Below, in pieces: positions 55,745-64,000 of a stretch of 64,000 bases of DNA (the stretch's first letter is position 1; each line of letters opens with the position of its first letter). The notes below the pieces were generated by a model. That model ran no database searches, had not been told where the DNA came from, and saw nothing but the letters and a program-made list of their open reading frames with translations. Source of the stretch: a bacterium (GTDB lineage: Bacteria > Bdellovibrionota > UBA2428); contig JAACVK010000030.1 of NCBI GenBank assembly GCA_009991595.1, forward strand, positions 11,262-75,261. The letters are read 5' to 3'. A program made the translations under genes and the position numbers.

Positions 55745-58700
55745 ATGTTTATCAATTGGAAAAAATTTCTACTTTGGGCAGGATTCGCAACTTGTTCGTT
55801 GAGTTTTTCAACTGAAGCGGAACATGAATCCAAATATCAAGAAGCTACCTTCAAAGATCAACACAAAGATTTAACGGAAGATTCCATAGCAAAATGGATC
55901 TTCAATTTTCTAGGGTGCTCAGACGAAACGACAGAAATGGAACTTCGCTACATTCGAAGTTTTTTCATCAATGGCGCGACCACATTCAAGAAAGATGGAT
56001 CCGATAAAACTGCCGCAGGTTATTCTGTTGAAGAGAGCTTAAAAAGATATTTTAAAGAACAAGATCTCAATTCAGATAAAGATCTTTTAGCCTTGATCAG
56101 TATTAGAAAATTCTTATGGAATGGCAAAGAAGAGGACCTACAACTTTTCATGAAATACAAACAGCAAATTCTATCTAGTCTAGCTCTAAAATGCTATGGA
56201 GAAACCGTGGAACCTCGCGCGATTTTAGACGCAAACACACACGACAAAGCACCGCCAATTGAAGTTCCCAAAGCGATTCCCCTGCAATCAGAAACTGAAA
56301 TTCTCGAAGAGATTTATCGATCAGAAACGGCTTCAGGATCAATTGCTTCACTGGTAGCTCACACGATTGGTTGTGAGTCTGAGGTTAGGAATCGCGCACT
56401 CGAACTAGCTAAAGCAAAATATTTTGAACAGATACCCTCCGAATCAAAACGCAAGGAAAGCTGGACCCTCTACTCGAATTTAAAGATACACATTAAAGAA
56501 ATTTTCGGAGAAGATCGTGACTGGGCCGACACCGATTTCATCCCCTTTTACCGATATTTTTCACTGGAAGCCTATGACACAAGCTCACTAGACGAAGCCA
56601 TCAAAAGCATTGAATCCAAAGTTGAAAACTTCAAAACTAAAGGTTGCTACGACAAACTTCAAAAGGACTACAATAGACGAAAAGCTGCCGAAGAAGAAAA
56701 AAAGAGACTAGCAGCCGCTCAAGCAAAGCTTGAGAAAGAAGAAGAAAAGAAAACGGCAGAACAACTTCACCAACTAGAAAAAAGCGCGGAAGTAGGAAGC
56801 TTCAAAATTCCCACCCTAAGCGAAGAAGACCTACAACGACTTGAAGGTCGTCACATAGAAGAATACGTCCCATATAAGGAAACGGAAGAACACATAAATT
56901 GGATTGACTCCCACCTTCAAGAACTACGCTGTAAAGACGATGTAGAGCCTGCCATCTGGAACCTCATGGCCGATTTACAGAAAAAGAACAAAGAAATCTC
57001 TCAAAAAGAGGTTCACGATGCCATCCTCAATTTTTACGCCCGAGAACTCAATGAGAGAAACGTGGAGGTTATATCAAACCAACAATCCACAGCCAGGCTG
57101 AGGGTGAGTGCTGAAGTCAATTTACTTAGGACAAAAGCTCTCATCGAGGCTCTAAAGAATCTTTCTGAAAAACCCCAAAAATTTCAGTTTAACAAAGACG
57201 CTTGGCACGCCGGAACGCCTGGGCTTTGGACTAAAAGTTCAGAAAGCTCAAAACCAGTGAGAAAATTCATGTATGAGGACGTTTTTGAGAACCGAACCCT
57301 TAAGCCTGCTGACGCAAGTACAGCAGATTGGTCTAAGAACGCAGCTTGGTATTGGGCAAAAATGGAAGAGGACCTTATACACGAACTCGACCAAAAGGTG
57401 GGAAGAATCAATGACTGGTCGGAACGTATACCTGATAAGCGAGACCGAGTGGTTCACGATCTACTTAACCCCGATCCTGACACTGAATCGCTTTTAGATA
57501 ATCTCAATGCAAAAGTCTATGGCGGAAAGGCTTACCTACCCAAAAAGACTGATGACCACTATAAGAATGCTACCAATGCTACCGAAACTAGAACACCATT
57601 TAACAACCTAACCAAAGCTCACCTGGAAAACATAAAAGACCAAATTATTCCTAGACTAGAGCAGCATATCGCACAATTAAATGAGATTATCCAAAACGGC
57701 GCAGACTTAAAAGAAGAAAGTCGGCAAGTAGTTAGACCAGAATTAGAAAAAGCACTTGCACCACTCCACGGCCTAAGCAGTCAAGTCCTTAAAGCCTCGT
57801 CTACAGGTGAACTAAGCTCCTTATCCATCGGCGAAACCTCTGAAGGACCAACGGACACCATTCAACAGAGCATCCCCCGAATTCAAGAACTTCTTAGTCA
57901 GTGGGGACTACTTTCCGATTGCGCGGGTCTAGCCCAAAAATCAGAAGCAGCCGAAGGACTTGACTTCCGCATTCATCAAAACAGTCCGCGCTTAGGTGTG
58001 GCCCCAGGAAATCACGACAATCTAAATCCACAAGAACTCGCAAAAGAATTAGCACAGGCCTTGCAGTGTAAGAAAGACATCTCACCCACAATTTGGAATC
58101 TTGCTGAGAGATTACGGTCTTCTTCCGTAAATCCAAGCGAGCTCAATCAAGCTCTGTTAAAAGAATTTCAAGATAGACAAAAAGAACAACAAAAGAACCT
58201 AAACTCTACAGACAATCCACTCGCAAAAGCAAAACAAAATAGAGCGATGCTTGCTGAAATCTCCGAACGTCTTCCCAAGCTCGCCATCCTTGAAGAGCTA
58301 GCGCAGAACGCAGAAAGCTCGTATAAAAAGTTCCCAATGACATTTGGCTTTGACGAAGAGAACCCTGGAAACTCTGTTGAGTTCTATAATTTAGCTTCCT
58401 CATTGAACGACACTCTTCTAGACTCATTTAAACCTGATAGCTTTCGAGTTCGAAGCAGTTTAGAGGATTCAATCGACTCAGACGGCAAACGACTACCCTC
58501 TTCAGAGTTAAAGACATTGAATTCGCTGATCACTCAGTTCTGGATTCCAACTGAGGACGAAAAACAACTCGGCGACTTTCAAGTCAATGGCCGGCACATT
58601 GAACAACTCAAAACCGACGACCCTGTAAGGCAACATCTTCAAAAAATGCGAAAACTAGAAACGGAGCTCATCTCTCAAAGAGAAAAAGCTAAAAAGTATC

Positions 58701-61063
58701 ACCCAGGATCAAAAATGGCTTACCTGGATCGCCTCAGGAAGCTTCGCGACGAAATCAAGCAAACCCAAGCTCTGATTCAAGAGACAAGACAGAAAGAATC
58801 TCAACTCGGAGCTCAGATTGAAGAGCTAAAGAAGACCTATGAAACAAGCACCCAAGACTTAGCTGAAAAAATTGAAGAAGCAAAACTAGCGGCCAATGAA
58901 CGGATTCAAGATGAAAGATTTCTTCCTAAAGACACTCTTCAACTAGGAGAAAATTCGGTGGATGGACCACAAATTGATTACGACCCTTCGTTTGAAAGAA
59001 ACATTGAGATATCTGAGCATCAACGTCAATTGCGAGAGGTCGTTGGAAATCTAGAGACAAATGAAAAAAATCTTGCGCTTGAGTTTACTGCCTTGAAAAA
59101 CTTTCTAGGTATAACAGGAAACCCCTTTCCAGACGAAGAAAAGGGACACAAGCTGAAACAAGCCTTCGATAAAACTTATGTCAAACCGATTCCATCGACG
59201 CCACTCTACGACAAAAATTATAAAGAGGCAGTGGCAGAATACAAACGATTAGAAACAGAGCTTCTCGACAAACACTATTTTCCCGCACACCTATCAGTAA
59301 CTTACGAAAACCTACTAAAGAGACGGGCTTGGGCTTTATCTCGCATAAAAGAGCTCAATGAGTATGTAATTGATAGCAAAGACAGCATCAGCCAAGCGGG
59401 GCTTCAACAAGTTAGCAGCGAAATCAGCCAACTAGGAATTCTTGTTCATTCCCTTGATGAAAAAGTAAAAGAGTTGAGAATCAAGGATCGAAACTCTTTA
59501 ACAGGAACACCTACCGCCTCAATGAAAGATAGTGGTGCAGAAAAACTTTCACTGCCCTTAGAGACAAACAATGCCGGCATCACAAAAATGAATGATTTCC
59601 TCGATCGAATCAGACGTCACAAAAGAGCTCTCCAACAACTCTCTGTCACCTTACAAAGAGAACTCAGAGAGTCCGGCAATATCTCAGACGATGATTTTAA
59701 GATGGACGAAGAAACCTTTAAACCAGTCGAAGATCTAGTGAACTATCTAGAAAAAGCAAAAGAGAAAGGAAACTGGACCCCTCTTCTTGACTACAGCGAT
59801 CCGATGCAGCCAACGGAACAAATTAGCACGATAGCAGACCAAATGGAGAACAACCTTGCTCATCACACAGGGGGCATTATTGGGGAGTGTCCTCAAACGA
59901 CTCACTTAAACCCGAAAGCCTTAAATCTTGACAGAACAATGCGAAGCTTTCAAACAGAGCGTCTTTTCAATGCCATCGTTGCGGAAGCTCGAGAGAAAGA
60001 TGCTTCCTGTAGCTTAGTTCATGCCGCCGACCCAAATCAATCGCCATGGAGAAAGACCAGTGAATCTTATCAATACTTCATGGGGCGTTCTTTTATGAAT
60101 GCCATCTGTGACTCTTATCCGGCAGGACACCCGGCAATCTATCCAATTGTGGATTATGGAACGAAAGAATTTTCAACCAAAAGCGAAGAAAACGCCTACA
60201 ACGCAAAAGTGAAAGAAATTAAATTTGTCGACGCTCTAGCACACTCTTTTTGGCGAGAACCTTCTAGTAACGCCGCCCACAAAGACTATCAACCCACCTT
60301 CAACGAAGAAGGTGCCGCAAACTTGATTCCCAACTACGCCTTCATGTATACCCTTGCTTATACTGAGACCGAAGCCAACCCAACAAAGCCGAATGTTGAC
60401 TGGTCGAAAGACATCGAAAAAGACACCGGAATGTTTCATGCTTCAACAAATTTTCTTTATGAAAATTACGGCTTTCACAGAAACAGTGATTATGCCGCTG
60501 AATTAATGCGAGATTTCATCGTGAGGATGAGAGACAACGTCGTTAGTTTGGAAAGTTCAAACCCAGAACTCGCAGCCAAGAACTGGGAAAAAATGTGCTT
60601 ATCGGGCTTCTTCAACTCGAAGTATGGAGAAAAAGCCATGGAACCCGATCAGTGGAAGCCGCCAAGCAACTTATCTAACTACAAACCCTACCAACACGTA
60701 AAGAATGCTCTAATGAGCGGTTCTGAACAGTGTGTAAAATATGCCCGATCAGGAGGGAAAGATCCTGCGAAAAACGGTCTTTCAAGCTGTATTAGACAGC
60801 TATGGCAATACTGTCCAAACTCTGGAGTTGAAGTGGAAGCGATCTTTATTAGAGCAAGGAGAAGAGGCCACGGGGACCTTCGAACAAGTGCCGATGTGCA
60901 GCCAAAAAATGCTGCCGGGTATTTCAGCGCTGGCCCGGGCACGAATGTAGTATCCGTAACTGCCCATGCCAAGAGCAACAAAAAAGTAAAACCAGCCTGC
61001 CACAAGATGTTTTTAGATCTTTACGAGAACAAAGATTATCTATGCCCTGGATTATCGGACTAA
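55745..61063 (+). CDS. Giant secreted helical/coiled-coil repeat protein with a C-terminal Cys-rich lysozyme-like domain
   Basis: Uninterrupted ORF of about 1,770 aa; signal peptide from ATG 55745 (MFINWKKFLLWAGFATCSLSFS); internal repeats; C-terminal YTETEAN...TGMFHAS.N. Confidence 0.75.
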   Translation: MFINWKKFLLWAGFATCSLSFSTEAEHESKYQEATFKDQHKDLTEDSIAKWIFNFLGCSDETTEMELRYIRSFFINGATTFKKDGSDKTAAGYSVEESLKRYFKEQDLNSDKDLLALISIRKFLWNGKEEDLQLFMKYKQQILSSLALKCYGETVEPRAILDANTHDKAPPIEVPKAIPLQSETEILEEIYRSETASGSIASLVAHTIGCESEVRNRALELAKAKYFEQIPSESKRKESWTLYSNLKIHIKEIFGEDRDWADTDFIPFYRYFSLEAYDTSSLDEAIKSIESKVENFKTKGCYDKLQKDYNRRKAAEEEKKRLAAAQAKLEKEEEKKTAEQLHQLEKSAEVGSFKIPTLSEEDLQRLEGRHIEEYVPYKETEEHINWIDSHLQELRCKDDVEPAIWNLMADLQKKNKEISQKEVHDAILNFYARELNERNVEVISNQQSTARLRVSAEVNLLRTKALIEALKNLSEKPQKFQFNKDAWHAGTPGLWTKSSESSKPVRKFMYEDVFENRTLKPADASTADWSKNAAWYWAKMEEDLIHELDQKVGRINDWSERIPDKRDRVVHDLLNPDPDTESLLDNLNAKVYGGKAYLPKKTDDHYKNATNATETRTPFNNLTKAHLENIKDQIIPRLEQHIAQLNEIIQNGADLKEESRQVVRPELEKALAPLHGLSSQVLKASSTGELSSLSIGETSEGPTDTIQQSIPRIQELLSQWGLLSDCAGLAQKSEAAEGLDFRIHQNSPRLGVAPGNHDNLNPQELAKELAQALQCKKDISPTIWNLAERLRSSSVNPSELNQALLKEFQDRQKEQQKNLNSTDNPLAKAKQNRAMLAEISERLPKLAILEELAQNAESSYKKFPMTFGFDEENPGNSVEFYNLASSLNDTLLDSFKPDSFRVRSSLEDSIDSDGKRLPSSELKTLNSLITQFWIPTEDEKQLGDFQVNGRHIEQLKTDDPVRQHLQKMRKLETELISQREKAKKYHPGSKMAYLDRLRKLRDEIKQTQALIQETRQKESQLGAQIEELKKTYETSTQDLAEKIEEAKLAANERIQDERFLPKDTLQLGENSVDGPQIDYDPSFERNIEISEHQRQLREVVGNLETNEKNLALEFTALKNFLGITGNPFPDEEKGHKLKQAFDKTYVKPIPSTPLYDKNYKEAVAEYKRLETELLDKHYFPAHLSVTYENLLKRRAWALSRIKELNEYVIDSKDSISQAGLQQVSSEISQLGILVHSLDEKVKELRIKDRNSLTGTPTASMKDSGAEKLSLPLETNNAGITKMNDFLDRIRRHKRALQQLSVTLQRELRESGNISDDDFKMDEETFKPVEDLVNYLEKAKEKGNWTPLLDYSDPMQPTEQISTIADQMENNLAHHTGGIIGECPQTTHLNPKALNLDRTMRSFQTERLFNAIVAEAREKDASCSLVHAADPNQSPWRKTSESYQYFMGRSFMNAICDSYPAGHPAIYPIVDYGTKEFSTKSEENAYNAKVKEIKFVDALAHSFWREPSSNAAHKDYQPTFNEEGAANLIPNYAFMYTLAYTETEANPTKPNVDWSKDIEKDTGMFHASTNFLYENYGFHRNSDYAAELMRDFIVRMRDNVVSLESSNPELAAKNWEKMCLSGFFNSKYGEKAMEPDQWKPPSNLSNYKPYQHVKNALMSGSEQCVKYARSGGKDPAKNGLSSCIRQLWQYCPNSGVEVEAIFIRARRRGHGDLRTSADVQPKNAAGYFSAGPGTNVVSVTAHAKSNKKVKPACHKMFLDLYENKDYLCPGLSD

Positions 61064-61066
61064 ACC

Positions 61067-61756
61067 CTAAGGAAGTATTCCTTCAATGATTTTATTCGGC
61101 TTAAGCTTTTTGAGAAAAAGCAGATAATTTGGTTCAACTGCATTGTTGAAAATATAGATACTACCTTCGTAGGAGAGACCATCGATGTTAAATAAGGCCT
61201 CCAATTTAAAGCTTGTCCCTGCTGCAGAAGGAGTTTTTAAAAGCATGTCCACAGCGTCCGATGGTTTAAAATCGGGATGCTCATTCATCAAGCTTCTATA
61301 GGCCAATGCCATTGCAATGACCTTCAAGGGGCCACCTGTCGACATCGATATGATTCGCTCATCTCCACGAGCCGCCATGAGTCCAGTTTCCATATTGTAG
61401 AAGTTCATTTCCAACTCCATCAGCTCTGCACTTGCCAAAGCATCAAGAGTAAAACTCTCCACATGCCCTTTAACATTAGCAATTCGATTGGAATCGACAG
61501 TCTGAGAAACATGAAGAGAAGCACTCGAAAGGAGCAACTTAAGAGGCCGCTCCTCTCTAGCATCAAGCTCCTTCATCAAAGACGTTTCTGAAAACATTTC
61601 TGAAATGATGTTTAACAAACTTGGAGCATGTTCTTCATTCTTTGCAAACTCGGCAGTGATCGTATCTGCTTTAACTTCCTCTGCGAAAACGCAAAAAAAC
61701 AAAAAAGAAAGGAGTAAAACTCTGCGAATAAAATTTAAAGAAGCAGTCCGTTGCAT
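61067..61756 (-). CDS. Hypothetical exported protein
   Basis: Signal peptide (VKA-D); own promoter TTGCTG-17-TATAGT 8 nt upstream. Confidence 0.7.
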   Translation of the reverse strand: MQRTASLNFIRRVLLLSFLFFCVFAEEVKADTITAEFAKNEEHAPSLLNIISEMFSETSLMKELDAREERPLKLLLSSASLHVSQTVDSNRIANVKGHVESFTLDALASAELMELEMNFYNMETGLMAARGDERIISMSTGGPLKVIAMALAYRSLMNEHPDFKPSDAVDMLLKTPSAAGTSFKLEALFNIDGLSYEGSIYIFNNAVEPNYLLFLKKLKPNKIIEGILP

Positions 61757-61825
61757 CGAGGCGGACTATAACACAATGCGTTAGGCTCAGCAAGGGGCTT
61801 TATTAAAACGGCGTTGTCCTCAAAT

Positions 61826-63214
61826 CTAAAAACGATCAGTCGCTTTAAAGATTCGATTTTTAACCGCTTTTGGCCCAAGTGCAGCGAGGACCAAACTCAG
61901 ATCTGGACTCTGAAGCCCGCCCGTCACAAGAACTCTAAGAGGTTTAGCCACCTTCCCAAAACCCAAGCCGCTCTCTTCCACCACTTTAGCCAACAAATCG
62001 TGAATGGCTTCTGGAGTTGGGTCAGTAAGACTTTCTAGCTTTTCTCCAAAGCTTCGCAAAAGTTCTTTGGGGTAATCTTTAAAAACTTTTGCAGCGGTGG
62101 CTTCATCAAAATCGTAGTCCTCGCTAAGAAAAGTTTTTGTATTCTTTGCCAGATCAATCAATGTGGCAGAGCGCTCCACTAAGCCCTTCAATAGATTTTG
62201 TTTAACAGGACTTGTCATTAAAGACGACAAGTCACTGCCTTCGACAGACTTCACTAATGAAACCAACTCATCCAAAGGACGTGTCAACATAAACTGAGAG
62301 TTAACCCATTCTAGTTTCTTCACATCGAAAACAGAGGCGGATTGCCGGCAACCATCTAAGTCAAAAAGTTTAGTTAAATCCTCATCCGTAAAGAGTTCTT
62401 GATCGCCATGACCCCACCCTAGTTTAATCATGTAACTTCGCATGGATTCAGGCAAAAAACCTAGTTCACGATAAACAGTCGTCGAAACGGCTCCATGCCT
62501 CTTGCTCAACTTGGCCTTATCCGCGCCCAATATCATGGGTAAATGAGCAAACACCGGGAGTTCTTTTTTCAAAGCTTGATAAAGTAAAATCTGTTTAGGG
62601 GTGTTGTTCAAATGATCATCCCCGCGAATAACATGAGTGATCCCCATATCGATGTCATCCACCACAACACTTAGTTGATAGGTCGGCGTTCCATCACTTC
62701 GAGCAATAATAAAATCATCAAGCTCTCTTAAGTTAAAAGTCACGTCGCCCGCAATGGCATCTTTGACGACAACCTCTCCCTCAATGGGTGCCTTAAAGCG
62801 AATCACGTAGGGCAAAGCAGAAGACTCTGTCTTCTCACGGCATCTGCGATCATACTTAGGCTTTTCCCCCTTCTTCTGCATCTCTTCTCGCATAGCCGTA
62901 AGCTCATCGGTGGTGCAATAACACTTGTAAGCGTTTCCAGAGACCAACATCTCCGCAACAACCTCTTTGTATCTATCAAAGCGCTTACTTTGATAAACAA
63001 GCTCCTCAGTCCAATTTAAACCAAGCCACTTAAGAGATTCTAAAATATCTTCTTCATTTTCTTTCGTGCTCCGCTGCTGATCCGTATCCTCAATTCGCAA
63101 ACAGAAAACCCCACCGTGGTGTTTGGCAAAGTAGTAATTAAAAAGCGCTGTGCGCGCTCCACCTACATGAAGTTTTCCTGTGGGAGACGGGGCAAATCGA
63201 ACTTTCACTGACAT
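61826..63214 (-). CDS. gltX: Glutamate--tRNA ligase
   Basis: RFAPSPTG.LHVGGARTALFN, LRIEDTD, ITHVIRGDDHLNN and KLSKRHGA. Confidence 0.98.
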   Translation of the reverse strand: MSVKVRFAPSPTGKLHVGGARTALFNYYFAKHHGGVFCLRIEDTDQQRSTKENEEDILESLKWLGLNWTEELVYQSKRFDRYKEVVAEMLVSGNAYKCYCTTDELTAMREEMQKKGEKPKYDRRCREKTESSALPYVIRFKAPIEGEVVVKDAIAGDVTFNLRELDDFIIARSDGTPTYQLSVVVDDIDMGITHVIRGDDHLNNTPKQILLYQALKKELPVFAHLPMILGADKAKLSKRHGAVSTTVYRELGFLPESMRSYMIKLGWGHGDQELFTDEDLTKLFDLDGCRQSASVFDVKKLEWVNSQFMLTRPLDELVSLVKSVEGSDLSSLMTSPVKQNLLKGLVERSATLIDLAKNTKTFLSEDYDFDEATAAKVFKDYPKELLRSFGEKLESLTDPTPEAIHDLLAKVVEESGLGFGKVAKPLRVLVTGGLQSPDLSLVLAALGPKAVKNRIFKATDRF

Positions 63215-63273
63215 AATGAAGGTTTTAGTCTATTCCAATCTGAACCGAAAGACCTAAGAGACGGGAAGACGGT

Positions 63274-64000
63274 TTAATCTTCGACGAAGGTTCCACGAGA
63301 CAAGTCGAAGTCGATCGCTCTCCATAGAGCTACTCGAAATTTCACCCAATAATTATCAACCGTTGGACGAGAAACTCCGTGTGGCAACTCAAGAGTATAG
63401 GTGGGAATTTCACGATGCCTTCCAGCGAAATTACCCAAACTACCAGGGTAAAACCCAAAACGAATAAAGCGATAATTTCCCGAGTTTTTGGACATATTCA
63501 CAGCTAAATACTTTGCTCTTCTTTGTTTGGTCTTAGAACCCTTAGAATCCAAATCTAAAAAACCTAGCGGCGTGTGAATGGAAATTATTTTTTGAGGCTT
63601 ATGAGCATCAATAAAGCGAACAATGGCTTGGGTTTCAGGTTCTGAATTAGAAACAGGCCCAGGATACTTTCTTGGATCTTTATTGTCTTTTTTAGTCCAA
63701 GAGGGAAGCGCCTCAGCCACCCAGTCATCGGTGGGGAAATTGCGGTTGATGTCCACACCTCGAGCATTTGGGCGCTGTGGTTTACGAGCCAACATTCCAT
63801 CTGGATTGAGCAAAGGCTGAATCAAAAGCCGTGTTCCCTTCGGAACTCCTCGAATTCCTTTTTCAATCTCTCCAATAAGCTTCATACACATAGGCAAAGA
63901 GGGTAATTCATCGCCGTGAATCCCACACTGAATCAAAGTGGTCTGCTCGGACTCCTTGTTACCAAAGTCAAAATAGACCAAGGGCCTACCCAAGACCGAA
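63274..64000 (-). CDS. M14 zinc carboxypeptidase, MpaA-like murein peptide amidase (5' end outside window)
   Basis: GIHGDE, NPDG, R.NA.GVDINRNFP, SEPET, ISIH, YPGSLG and TLELP. Confidence 0.85.
   Translation of the reverse strand, partial: SVLGRPLVYFDFGNKESEQTTLIQCGIHGDELPSLPMCMKLIGEIEKGIRGVPKGTRLLIQPLLNPDGMLARKPQRPNARGVDINRNFPTDDWVAEALPSWTKKDNKDPRKYPGPVSNSEPETQAIVRFIDAHKPQKIISIHTPLGFLDLDSKGSKTKQRRAKYLAVNMSKNSGNYRFIRFGFYPGSLGNFAGRHREIPTYTLELPHGVSRPTVDNYWVKFRVALWRAIDFDLSRGTFVED

Noticed and set aside
1..64000. CRISPR arrays, tRNA/rRNA genes, prophage or anti-phage defence operons
   Set aside because: Intergenic gaps are all under about 300 bp with no regularly spaced repeats or cloverleaf/T-loop signatures seen, and no cas, integrase, phage structural or defence motifs were recognised.

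Overview
A 64 kb, gene-dense bacterial chromosomal segment. Gene content points to a predatory Bdellovibrionota-like organism (inference from a Myxococcus/Bdellovibrio-type Glt gliding cluster, many secreted hydrolases and hypothetical proteins, and a deltaproteobacterial-style lysS-lolC/E-lolD-bamA-skp-lpx operon). In order: a MerR regulator; a reordered Suf operon (rrf2-sufC-sufD-sufS::sufT-sufB); iscS-like/mnmA; htpX; a small accessory patch (c-type cytochrome, lipoprotein, SLT transglycosylase, RAYT-like HUH transposase homologue); a long envelope/lipid A operon interrupted by two secreted-protein genes; kup; a LamG lipoprotein; dnaE; a receiver protein plus a cNMP-domain PilB/GspE ATPase; a lipase; the glt cluster; a 1,770-aa secreted repeat protein; gltX (glutamyl-tRNA synthetase); and a partial mpaA-like gene. 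I saw no rRNA, tRNA, CRISPR array, prophage or active IS. The most notable candidates are (1) an intact RAYT/TnpA(Y1) homologue lacking the HUH and catalytic Tyr residues, which suggests a domesticated transposase, (2) an orphan PilB/GspE ATPase with an N-terminal cyclic-nucleotide-binding domain, (3) a SufS-SufT fusion with an A9 run in its linker, and (4) a giant secreted repeat protein ending in a lysozyme-like domain. All family calls come from recognising motifs by eye; no database searches were run.
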